Virus record (IMG/VR): IMGVR_UViG_3300032093_000074 | Location: 1-64,000 of that record | Direction: 5' to 3' (one strand) | Length of the DNA: 64,000 nt | DNA from: a virus | Part shown: positions 46,493 to 55,829 of the stretch, piece by piece | How the letters are laid out: the number at the start of each line of letters is the position of its first letter | Numbering within the stretch: position 1 is the stretch's first letter | Position numbers and translations under genes: made by a program | Notes under the pieces: generated by a model | What the model was told of the DNA's origin: nothing | Database searches by the model: none | Seen by the model: the letters and a program-made list of their open reading frames with translations, nothing else

Positions 46493-47700
46493 TGGTTATT
46501 TCACGGCAGAAACTGATCGAGAAGGCAACAGGCGCAGCCCCCGTCGAACCCGAATCACCGTTGGCGAGCCCATATGGCAAAGCCCTGCTCAACACTCTCC
46601 CGACACCGGCGTCGTACACCGACTTCCTTGGCGCAACAAACCTCGCCACCCCAGCCCCGATGGGCCAAGGCCTGTCCAGCAAGGGCAAGTACGGCGGCTT
46701 CTACACCACCAGCGACCTTGAAACAGCGATCAGAGGCGAGGCAGAACAACGCAACGCGGCGTCTAACGCTTGGGCCGAGAGCCTGCGTAACCTTGCGGCC
46801 AAGGCAACCGGCACGTCCCGCCAAACAGGGCGGAATCGGTACATGGCCGAGGACATCGGCGAGCTCGGCGGGTACGCACGGGAAGTGTTCCCCACCAGCC
46901 TGCGGGCCCCAGCAAAAGCCTTGTTCGGAGGCTACGACGCGCCTGAACAGACGATGGCACCAGCCGAACGACGCGCAGAAGAACAGACATACGGCGCACT
47001 CGCAGGCGAAACCCTGCGCCAGAAAGTGGGCGCGGAAGAAACAGCTTCAATGGTCGAGGACACCCCGATGTCCGTCTACGCACGGGCCGTGGCCACCCAA
47101 CGCTACGGCATGAACCCCGCACTGGCCGCCGGCATCTTCGGCACCGAATATGACGTGGAATCTGCAAAGGCGCTCCGCGACCAGCAAGCTTTGCAGTCTG
47201 GATTCGTGGACTACGCCGAGTACGAGCGGGTCATGCAAGAACAAGAAGCTGCCGAAGAAGACGTACTTGACCGCGCACTGGGGACAGGCGATGTCGGTTC
47301 AATCGACGCCGCGATGGCAGAATACGACCTGGAACCAGCGCAGTTGCCGAAACAAGCCCGTGATTTGTATTACTTGGGCAAGTCTTCGCAAGCCCTCGGC
47401 TTTAGTGCCTCCAGGTTGCCGACGGAAACGGGCATGACCCCCGACGAAATCTACGCAACGATTGCCGACCCCAACCTGGGCCCACAACTCCAGCTCGACC
47501 TTGACGAAATCCAGGCCCTTATCAACGATGGCGACGACGCCGGTGCTTACAATTACGTCGACACCCGAATCCGCGACGCGCAAACGGAACCTATTGGGCG
47601 CATCCTTAGCGCCTACGTCACCCGCATCCTTAAATCAGCTCGGAACCCAGCCCAAAGTGCGTTGCAATTGCAGCGTACAGGACGCCTCATCGGCAAGTAA
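46492..47700 (+). CDS. Putative internal virion protein
   Basis: Coupled ORF. Confidence 0.55.
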   Translation: MVISRQKLIEKATGAAPVEPESPLASPYGKALLNTLPTPASYTDFLGATNLATPAPMGQGLSSKGKYGGFYTTSDLETAIRGEAEQRNAASNAWAESLRNLAAKATGTSRQTGRNRYMAEDIGELGGYAREVFPTSLRAPAKALFGGYDAPEQTMAPAERRAEEQTYGALAGETLRQKVGAEETASMVEDTPMSVYARAVATQRYGMNPALAAGIFGTEYDVESAKALRDQQALQSGFVDYAEYERVMQEQEAAEEDVLDRALGTGDVGSIDAAMAEYDLEPAQLPKQARDLYYLGKSSQALGFSASRLPTETGMTPDEIYATIADPNLGPQLQLDLDEIQALINDGDDAGAYNYVDTRIRDAQTEPIGRILSAYVTRILKSARNPAQSALQLQRTGRLIGK

Positions 47701-47709
47701 AGTCTACGC

Positions 47710-50700
47710 ATGGCCCAGTACACGCCGCCCCCCACCGCCCTGCCTGTTGGGCCGGAAGGGGGGAAAGGTAAGAAGCGTCTTAAGCCTCTGACCACTGGCC
47801 CCGCCGCCCCGCCAGCACAACCAGTCACCACGGTCCCAACGGTCCCTGGGTCTGCGCCACAGTTGCGGCCACCAGTTGCCCCCGCAAAAAAAGAAGACGA
47901 AGGCGAATGGTCTTGGGAAAATGTTGGCAAAGCTTTCAGTCCACAGAAATCTGCCGACTTCTTGGCCAACGCCATTATTGCGGCCCCCGCAGCTGTCTTC
48001 GGCCTTGGCACGGGGCTGTTCAAGGGCGGGGATAAAAAAGGGACAGAAGGCGGCAGCCTGTCGATCCCAACAAAGGTCTTCCAAGCTCTTTTGGGGACGT
48101 CCTTCGGTCCCATCGCTTTAAGCGAAACTGGCGAAGAATACTCCGAATCTCTTGCTAATACTTTTACTGGCAAAAATATCCGTCTTGCTGGGCAAGCGAT
48201 CAAACGCGGCGAAACACCGCTCCCATACCTTATGGAAGACGCAGGTAACGCTGCGATTGTTTTGGGCGGTACAGGAGCCGTGCTGAAGGGAGCTAGCGCC
48301 GGCGGCCGCATTTCGGCAGCAGGGGCTGCCCGTCTCAATCGTGTTGGCGCAAAGGTCAGCAAGGCAGCCAATGTTGCTGACTGGATTGGCGATGCCCCGA
48401 TTCGTTTGCCCATCGAAGCAGTCAGCAAATCCGTTAGCACAGCGGGCAAATACGGGCGTTACAAAGCTAATAATCTCCGCGCCGAAGCAGCCCGGCGCGA
48501 GGCGCTTGACCCGATGGACCCCGAGGTCATGAGCAAACGAGCAAAAGCGAACCGGCTTGAAGCCCGTTGGGGTAAAGAAATTGATCGTGGCGGGATAGTG
48601 ACCGTCGTAACCCAAAAGTTGCTTGGCACCGGCGTTGGCAGGGCTGTCCTTAGAGCGAACAAAAACGGCACAAAGATCGTTCGTGAAATGACTGAAGTAG
48701 CGGACAAGCCCTTGTTTTGGGAAGACCTCGGGCCAATGACGCCCGAAGAAAATCAAGCAGTCTTCGCAATCATCAATGGCCGGGCTGCGCTGATTGAGGA
48801 AGTCGCCCAACGAACCGGGCAAAGCGTTGAGTACATCGCCGAAATTGGGCGGTACAACTTCGAGCCAGGCTATTCGTTGACGCCAGCAGGGGCCCGCATG
48901 GCATCCGATTATCTCAATGGCCGCCTGTCCCCCCAGCAAAGTTCACGCATCCAGGATGCTGCCCAAAAAGTGTCGGCACGTTTGGAAATCCAAACCGAGC
49001 AGGCCCGTGGGGGGTATGGCCGCAAAACCCCACTGACCCCTTCGTACGATATTCCGTTCCCTAGCCCCGACAAGTTCGCGGATGCGATGGCCCGCATTGG
49101 TCGCTCCGACGTAGCAGAAGAAATCGGGGCGTTGTATGAATCAGGCTTCTTCAGCGATCTCCAAGATCCGCGTGTCATTGAATACATGAGGGCCCGAGTT
49201 GAGGCAGCGCCAGAATCCGTGGCCCTTGACTCGACGCTGTACCCACCCAAAGAGCGCAACAACGTCGAGTTTTACAAACGCGTCCGAGAGGCCCTACTCG
49301 CTCAAGGCGAAGCGACTATTGCTGGCTTCCCCCGGCCGCCAGGCGACATGGGCGGCCCGTCAACGGGTGTCCCGCCGCAAGACTTTTATACAACCAACAA
49401 ATATCCTGGCGACCTCGTTCGGACCCCAGCACAGAACATCAAACGCAGTATCAAAATCTTGGAGCGTTTGCGTGGCAAGAATCGCAAACTGGCCGAACAG
49501 ATTGTCGACGCCGAGCTGCGTATCCGCAAGCTTGAGTTCATAGTCATCAAAGCCCAATACAAAATCGGGCAGCTTGCCGGCTACTACACCGACGCTGACG
49601 GCAACCTCGTCAGCCCGGATTCCCCGGAAGCCACCAACTATGTGCCTGGCATGTTGGAAAAACTCCAAGCCGAACGCAATCGGCTCAAAGCAATCGACGA
49701 CGAAATGCGGGCTACGCAATCCGACAGCACTGTCGTCAACGGGGTCATTGTCAACCGCGAACTTGTAGAAGAAAATCTTGCTGTCGTCGAAGATGGCATT
49801 GCTGCTGTTGAGGCTGGCATTGCGGAGCTCGAAGACCAAATCGACACCGCAACCGCAGAAATCGACGCCGAAGAAGGCCGCCAGATCGACGCTGGTGACC
49901 AGCTCGATGAAGCGGGGGAGAACCCTGATGAGATCATCGCGGCGGCCAAAGCCGACGTTGAAGAAATCCCTGGCGACCCGGACGCCTACTCCGAACTAGC
50001 TCCGACCGACGAGCAGATCGCCGCGCTGCAAGATGAAATCCTCGACTTGGAATCGGCGATCAGCACGAACGTGGTCGACCTGCGAAAACTCGACATAGAG
50101 ATCACTAACGCCAAGCTCACCCGTGATGACGCCAGCAAAACGGTTGAACCGGAAACCTTGGCCGCAGCCCCGGCAGCCGAAGGCTTCATTTCCGCTGACC
50201 AACTACTTGCGATTCTTGAAAAGGCTGTCGCAGATAAAACGCTTCCAGCAGAAGTCATCGACGACGTCAAACAACATCTCGACACAACCTATGTAGCCCC
50301 GACAAAAGACAAAGAGATTGCCAAAGCAGCAGACGAGGTCCTGTTGTCTGCAAAAAACGGCGGGTACAGAAACTCCGGCGGCTACCCCGCATTGGTTTCT
50401 AACGTCAATGGCGAACTTTGGTTCAGTAACGGCTACATGGCAACGAAAATCCCCGGTGGCTCCAAAGCAGCAGAACTGTTCAAAGAACCTGGCAGGTACA
50501 CCGACCCGTGGGGACAGACCCTCGGGTTCAAAACTGTCGGCGGCCGCACAACTATGGAGCGCACGATAGGCGACACGACCTATCGCATCGAAGAAAACGT
50601 CGTTGGCAAAACTAAAGACGGCAAAGACAAGAAAAAATACACGTTGTCGCAACTCGACGCGGACGGAAATGTCGTTGCGGGGACGCAGCAGACGTACGGT

Positions 50701-53700
50701 TCTTTCAGTGCAGCGAAGGACGCGGCCCCCAAAGCCCCAACGTCCGAAGGCCCAGACTTCCAAAAGCTCATTGACCTGGCTAAAAAAGCCAAAACAGACA
50801 AACAGCCCCCTGCGAAGATCGAAGGCCAACGTATTGCAACGGTTACGTTGGACGGCAAGCCCACGCAAATAACATTCGTGTTTTTGCGACGGCCGGACGG
50901 CCAGCTTATGTTCGCCGACCAGCAACAGTTCAACGTCGTGTATAAGGCCGGCGACACTGTTCACCTCCCGATAGAAGACAAAGCGTCGATCATCATCAAG
51001 CGGGATGGCAACATTATCGGCTTGGTGATGCCGTTCCGCAACCAAGAGCTATTCACCAAGGTTGAGAACCCGCTGTCGCCGGACACAATCGCAACTCAAA
51101 TCGTCCGAGAAGGCAACCTCCCTGATGACATTGTCGCGGCATTGTCAAGGACAGCTGAAGGCCCACGTTTGGCAGAACCAAAAGCAGTTGGAGCCACCGA
51201 TGCCGAAATAGCTGCTTTGGAACAAAAGATCGCCGACCTTGAACAAATCAGGACTAACCTCGTCGCCGATACAGTCAGCCTGCGCGATGCCCTCGACCAG
51301 ACTCGCTCCGAACTTGAAATCATGCGCGAGGAAGCTGCTGCGGCAACGCAAATACAGGGTGCGTTAGCGCCGCGCCTAAAGCCTGTCGAAGCACCTACCG
51401 ACGTTAGAATCGCGGAAGCCCAGGCCCGCGTCGACCAACTAAAGCAGGATCTCGACGCTAAAGAAGCGGCCGCAGTAGAAGCGCAAAAGAAAGCTGATAA
51501 CCTAGCCAACCTCAGCGACGAGGAAGGCCTCAGCGTTGCAGAACGCCAAAAGCGGCTAGCCAAGAGTGTCAAAGCCGACAACGCTGCAAAAAAGCTAGAA
51601 AATGCTGCTGACGAGGCTTGGGTAACGCACCGTGACGCAGTTGCCGAACTTGAGGCGTTGAAAGCAGGAAGCGCCGCCGGCCCTGTTGGGCCGCCACAAG
51701 GGTTTGTGCAAGTTGATTCGGTAATCGCGGGCACCGAGTTGCCTGAAGCATTGGACCCACCAGCACTCGAATCAACCGGGCCTGCTCCTAGCGCCCTCAA
51801 CGAATCCGACTGGACCAAGATCGACGACAACAACTGGTCGATCAACACTGGCTATCGTTCGTACCTAGCCACGCGCCGCCAAGTCGGTACGACGAAAGCC
51901 GGCAAACCCCAATACCGCTTCATACTTAAGCGTTACGGCAGCGACGGCCTGCCCATCGAATCGACAGCGCAAGAGTTCACGAACTTCAAACAGGCCCGCA
52001 AGGTTGTCGACGAAGGCCTGCAATATGACCTAGCAAACCCCGTCGCGGAACGGCCAATCTTCCGGCCAGGCCGCGAGCTCACAGCCGGCAGCGGCAATGT
52101 CCTGTCTACGGCACCCGAATTGATCCGCGCCGAACAAAAACTTGCGTCAGGAATCCAACGCCTAAAAAGCCTGGAACGTACCAAAGAGCGTGCGACCGCC
52201 AAGGTCGACAAACTCCGCGTCGACCAGGCAGCTCGTCGCGCCCGACTCAGCCTTCTTACCTCGGCTGAAGTGCGAGCCGAAGCTCGCCTCGGGAAAGAAA
52301 TCGTCACCCAGCCGGATGTCGCCGTTACGGGCCAAGGTCCAACCGGCCGCGTGTTCATCGGCCAAGAAACAGGGGCCCCAAGTGTTGCAAGGCCGCTGTC
52401 GGAATCAGGAGTCCCCGTTGCTCCTGGAGAAGGTTTCCCAGCGATGCTTCGGCCGACAGCGCAGACTGTCCGTTTCGTCGACGAGACAACTCGCCAGATC
52501 AATGAGGTTGAAGCTGCACAGGGCGCAGCCATCGAGGATCGCACTCGCAATGTTGATGTGGTTGTCCAATCAATCGATGCAGCGAACCTGCGCCGGAGGA
52601 CACAGTTGCCGCCAGGGTTGCCCCTCCGTTCCGCGCTCAACATGCCCCGTGCTGAAGGTCAACCATTTATTGGCAGCCAATATGCCCCCGCCGGCCGCCC
52701 CACCAACCGGACGCAAGGTGCAATCGTCGAGATCCAGGAAGGCTTGATCGGCGACACAAAGGCAAGTAGCGAATACTTCCGCGAAGGAACTACTGAAGAA
52801 ATCTACGATCCGATTGTCCTCGCCAACCGTCTCGTTGCCGAACAAATGAACCTCGACATGACCGAAGCCTTCCGGTCACTGATGCGTTCAGCTATCACAG
52901 TCAACGCAGAGGAACTGCTCGGGCGTGACGTTGTGCAAAACCTGCGTAAGGAAGCATACGACCGTGCCTACAGCTGGGCTGGCGGCCGGCCGGCCACCCC
53001 CGAGGGTGTTGCTGCGTATGCCGAAGGGCTGCCGAACCGCGCTGCTGTTGCCGCACGAAAAGAAGCAGAAATCTATGGCGACCTCATCAACAAGGAAATG
53101 GAAAAGCAAGGCTTTGTCACGCTGCCGCTAACTGGGCGCATCGAACGCGGTGTGCCGACCTACGAAATCGACGAAAGCACACCTTACCTTCCTAAATACA
53201 CCCGTGAGCGCGTCATGCGGAAAGCGACCGTCTACAACCCTGATGACATGGGCATCTATTTGAGGACTGCTTCGCGCGTTACGACCGGCTTCAAAAATCT
53301 GACATTGCCATTTTCGTTCCAATGGCAAATCGGCGACATCCTCGGCATTTTCATTTCGGCTGCCGTGTCTGGCGTTAACCCGCTAACACTTGGCAACTAC
53401 ATGGTCGACTCGCTGCGGGCTAACTACGGTGGCCCGAACGCAACGCGCGGCGAAATAATCCGCAACGTTTTCCGCGAAGCTGACAAACGGGGCACCACGC
53501 GCATTGGCGAAATCCTTGCCGAATCGGGCCTCCAGGACGTCGGCCTTCGCATTGGCGAACAACAACGCCTGCGTGGGTACCGTGACGCACCCGAGCGGAT
53601 GACAGTTCCCCAGCAGTTTTTACGGGATTACACGCCAAACATCAAAGGCGACTTTAATGTCGGCGACATCATCCCAACCTGGCGCAAAGGGATGTACCGC

Positions 53701-54678
53701 GTCAACGAAGCGATCAACCGCGTCGGCCGTCACGCGTTTTTCCTTGCCAAGTTCCAAGAAGCCATTGACGGGTACAACGCCCGCAACGGGACGAGTCTGA
53801 CTGCCGAAAGTGCGCTTGAGGCGGGGCTCCACGAAAAGCCCGGCCCCATCCGTGATGCCTTTGAAGATACTGTCGACAGCGCAAACGACGTCATGGGTGA
53901 CTGGATGGGGTTGTCACCGCGCGAACGTAAGTACATCCTGCCGAACGCCACCTTTTACGCATGGATCAAACACATCCACAAGCTGTTCCTAAAAGTCGCC
54001 AAGGAAAACCCGAGTGCGATCAAGTGGTACGTCTATTTGGGCAACTTTGCATACGACCCCGATACCGACCCGTTTGACCTGTACACCGACAAAATCTCTT
54101 TGCCTGGCGGTTTCCTGGCCGGCAGCAACTTCATGAACCCGTTTGCCGACGTAGTCGGCGGCCCGATTGGCCGCGCCATTGTGAAGGGCGACCCATCGTC
54201 ACTCCTGTCCCCACTGTCCCCACTTCCCCGCATCCTGGGAGCAGGATTCCTTGGTGAAAACTTGCCACGACTCAAGGATGTGTCGAGGCCCTACGGGACG
54301 GGATCGGTTGGGTCCACCGGGACCGAGCGCAACACGATGTTGTTCCGTCGTCCCGAAGAACTACTGGGCTTCTCGTTGCAACAGTTCCCCATCGCCACCC
54401 GAGTCTTGGACATTCTGCCCACTGGCACCATCCCAGGGACAAATATCCAAACCGGCCCATACCAACGATACGACACCGGCCAGGCGCGGCTGCGGCCAGG
54501 CACTTTGGACATGGTGCCCAAAGCCGGTGGGCGCGCCGTTGCAGCAGCTCGTCTTCTTGGCCTGCCCTTCCTGCCCACGGCGACAAGGCAGCAAATGTCT
54601 GACATCGAACGCACCGCTAAGGAACGCTTGGTCGCGTTCGAAGAAGCACAAAAACGTGCCAAAGCACTCCAGGGGTAA
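47710..54678 (+). CDS. Giant multidomain internal virion/ejection (polyvalent-like) protein, 2322 aa
   Basis: Long ORF with coiled coils and inserted globular domains; TAAAGT -10 box 6 nt before ATG. Confidence 0.7.
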   Translation: MAQYTPPPTALPVGPEGGKGKKRLKPLTTGPAAPPAQPVTTVPTVPGSAPQLRPPVAPAKKEDEGEWSWENVGKAFSPQKSADFLANAIIAAPAAVFGLGTGLFKGGDKKGTEGGSLSIPTKVFQALLGTSFGPIALSETGEEYSESLANTFTGKNIRLAGQAIKRGETPLPYLMEDAGNAAIVLGGTGAVLKGASAGGRISAAGAARLNRVGAKVSKAANVADWIGDAPIRLPIEAVSKSVSTAGKYGRYKANNLRAEAARREALDPMDPEVMSKRAKANRLEARWGKEIDRGGIVTVVTQKLLGTGVGRAVLRANKNGTKIVREMTEVADKPLFWEDLGPMTPEENQAVFAIINGRAALIEEVAQRTGQSVEYIAEIGRYNFEPGYSLTPAGARMASDYLNGRLSPQQSSRIQDAAQKVSARLEIQTEQARGGYGRKTPLTPSYDIPFPSPDKFADAMARIGRSDVAEEIGALYESGFFSDLQDPRVIEYMRARVEAAPESVALDSTLYPPKERNNVEFYKRVREALLAQGEATIAGFPRPPGDMGGPSTGVPPQDFYTTNKYPGDLVRTPAQNIKRSIKILERLRGKNRKLAEQIVDAELRIRKLEFIVIKAQYKIGQLAGYYTDADGNLVSPDSPEATNYVPGMLEKLQAERNRLKAIDDEMRATQSDSTVVNGVIVNRELVEENLAVVEDGIAAVEAGIAELEDQIDTATAEIDAEEGRQIDAGDQLDEAGENPDEIIAAAKADVEEIPGDPDAYSELAPTDEQIAALQDEILDLESAISTNVVDLRKLDIEITNAKLTRDDASKTVEPETLAAAPAAEGFISADQLLAILEKAVADKTLPAEVIDDVKQHLDTTYVAPTKDKEIAKAADEVLLSAKNGGYRNSGGYPALVSNVNGELWFSNGYMATKIPGGSKAAELFKEPGRYTDPWGQTLGFKTVGGRTTMERTIGDTTYRIEENVVGKTKDGKDKKKYTLSQLDADGNVVAGTQQTYGSFSAAKDAAPKAPTSEGPDFQKLIDLAKKAKTDKQPPAKIEGQRIATVTLDGKPTQITFVFLRRPDGQLMFADQQQFNVVYKAGDTVHLPIEDKASIIIKRDGNIIGLVMPFRNQELFTKVENPLSPDTIATQIVREGNLPDDIVAALSRTAEGPRLAEPKAVGATDAEIAALEQKIADLEQIRTNLVADTVSLRDALDQTRSELEIMREEAAAATQIQGALAPRLKPVEAPTDVRIAEAQARVDQLKQDLDAKEAAAVEAQKKADNLANLSDEEGLSVAERQKRLAKSVKADNAAKKLENAADEAWVTHRDAVAELEALKAGSAAGPVGPPQGFVQVDSVIAGTELPEALDPPALESTGPAPSALNESDWTKIDDNNWSINTGYRSYLATRRQVGTTKAGKPQYRFILKRYGSDGLPIESTAQEFTNFKQARKVVDEGLQYDLANPVAERPIFRPGRELTAGSGNVLSTAPELIRAEQKLASGIQRLKSLERTKERATAKVDKLRVDQAARRARLSLLTSAEVRAEARLGKEIVTQPDVAVTGQGPTGRVFIGQETGAPSVARPLSESGVPVAPGEGFPAMLRPTAQTVRFVDETTRQINEVEAAQGAAIEDRTRNVDVVVQSIDAANLRRRTQLPPGLPLRSALNMPRAEGQPFIGSQYAPAGRPTNRTQGAIVEIQEGLIGDTKASSEYFREGTTEEIYDPIVLANRLVAEQMNLDMTEAFRSLMRSAITVNAEELLGRDVVQNLRKEAYDRAYSWAGGRPATPEGVAAYAEGLPNRAAVAARKEAEIYGDLINKEMEKQGFVTLPLTGRIERGVPTYEIDESTPYLPKYTRERVMRKATVYNPDDMGIYLRTASRVTTGFKNLTLPFSFQWQIGDILGIFISAAVSGVNPLTLGNYMVDSLRANYGGPNATRGEIIRNVFREADKRGTTRIGEILAESGLQDVGLRIGEQQRLRGYRDAPERMTVPQQFLRDYTPNIKGDFNVGDIIPTWRKGMYRVNEAINRVGRHAFFLAKFQEAIDGYNARNGTSLTAESALEAGLHEKPGPIRDAFEDTVDSANDVMGDWMGLSPRERKYILPNATFYAWIKHIHKLFLKVAKENPSAIKWYVYLGNFAYDPDTDPFDLYTDKISLPGGFLAGSNFMNPFADVVGGPIGRAIVKGDPSSLLSPLSPLPRILGAGFLGENLPRLKDVSRPYGTGSVGSTGTERNTMLFRRPEELLGFSLQQFPIATRVLDILPTGTIPGTNIQTGPYQRYDTGQARLRPGTLDMVPKAGGRAVAAARLLGLPFLPTATRQQMSDIERTAKERLVAFEEAQKRAKALQG

Positions 54679-54703
54679 CCGGATCGCGGTCGAGCTGGCC
54701 CTT

Positions 54704-55183
54704 ATGGGCCGTCGCCCCACCAGCCTGAACCAGGAACGCACTAGGCATTACCGTGTCCGAGCTGAGGATACGAAATGGTGGCGCGAAGGGTTTTGTTGGG
54801 CGGCCGTTGAAGCTGGGATGCCCCACCTGGAAGCAGCTGAGATCATTGTCCAGCCGGTGCTGAACACCCGCAACTGGCAGGACACGGCGGCCTGTTTCCC
54901 GTCTGCGAAGGCAGCTATTGACGGGTTGATTGACGCGAATGTTTTGGATGACGACACCCCAGACATTATCCCTACCATCACATTCAAGCGCCCTATACTT
55001 GGCAAGCAGGCAGGACTACGATTGACGATTATTGCGCTACCAGAAAGGGTGCCAGGTGAAGAAAGCATTTTGGGATACTCCGAGCCCCAAGGGGAAATCG
55101 CAGCCTCTCACACCCACACAAAAGCTGGCGGCAAAGAAGCGAGCCGCCGACGCCGGCCGGCCGTATCCGAACCTCGTAGATAA
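54704..55183 (+). CDS. RusA-like Holliday junction resolvase
   Basis: PTSLN, QD.AAC.PSAKAAIDGLIDANVLDDD motifs; start uncertain. Confidence 0.7.
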   Translation: MGRRPTSLNQERTRHYRVRAEDTKWWREGFCWAAVEAGMPHLEAAEIIVQPVLNTRNWQDTAACFPSAKAAIDGLIDANVLDDDTPDIIPTITFKRPILGKQAGLRLTIIALPERVPGEESILGYSEPQGEIAASHTHTKAGGKEASRRRRPAVSEPRR

Positions 55184-55201
55184 CGCATGGGCAGGTAAAC
55201 A

Positions 55202-55393
55202 ATGAAGCCAATCCAACAACTTGCACAAGCTAAGGCGAAAAAGGGCAAGACCCCGCCCAAGCCGTTAGGCCCGCTTCAAACGTTGCCTGAGGGCACGAAG
55301 AAGCGAGAAGCAAAGGCATACCCACTTTTGCCGAACCCATATTCATACCAACATCGAAAGTCAAGTGCTCGGATAAAGATGGTCGATAGATGA
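55202..55393 (+). CDS. Small basic protein
   Basis: ORF with AGGT RBS. Confidence 0.5.
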   Translation: MKPIQQLAQAKAKKGKTPPKPLGPLQTLPEGTKKREAKAYPLLPNPYSYQHRKSSARIKMVDR

Positions 55394-55560
55394 CTCCTGC
55401 TAAGAAACTTGCGGCCAAGATGGCCAAGAAGAAGGCTTACGACCGTCACGAAGAAGGCGAGTCCAAGTACACCGAGCGTGAAGAAACCCGCATGGAAAAC
55501 AAGGGCTGGTCAGAGGAACGCTCCGAACGTCGCGCCCATAGGCTGTCCAAGAGGCGCTGA
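55390..55560 (+). CDS. Small charged protein (56 aa)
   Basis: Manual translation MTPAKKLAAKMAKKKAYDRHEEGES...; coupled at both ends. Confidence 0.6.
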   Translation: MTPAKKLAAKMAKKKAYDRHEEGESKYTEREETRMENKGWSEERSERRAHRLSKRR

Positions 55561-55829
55561 TGGCATCGCCAGCGTGGCAACGTAGCGAAGGCAAAAACCC
55601 TGAAGGTGGGCTGAACGCTAAGGGGCGGGCCTCGTACAACCGTGCCACTGGGGGCAAGTTGAAGCCGCCGGTGTCCAAGAAGCAGGCCTCGTCGTCGCCT
55701 GCGGCAGCTGCCCGACGCCGGTCTTTCTGCGCCCGTATGGAGGGGATGAAGCGCCTGTTGACGTCCGAGAAAACGAAACGTGATCCCGATAGCCGGATCA
55801 ACAAAGCCCTACGCAAGTGGGATTGTTGA
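55560..55829 (+). CDS. Small basic protein, DUF6321-like
   Basis: AWQRSEGKNPEGGLNAKGRASY..RRRSFCARM..SRINKALRKW. Confidence 0.8.
   Translation: MASPAWQRSEGKNPEGGLNAKGRASYNRATGGKLKPPVSKKQASSSPAAAARRRSFCARMEGMKRLLTSEKTKRDPDSRINKALRKWDC

Noticed and set aside
54251-54703. 310-aa ORF overlapping the giant gene, or a frameshift fusion to the RusA-like domain
   Set aside because: The upstream part is an off-frame shadow with no slippery site seen; only the region from ~54680 looks like RusA, and its exact start is unresolved.
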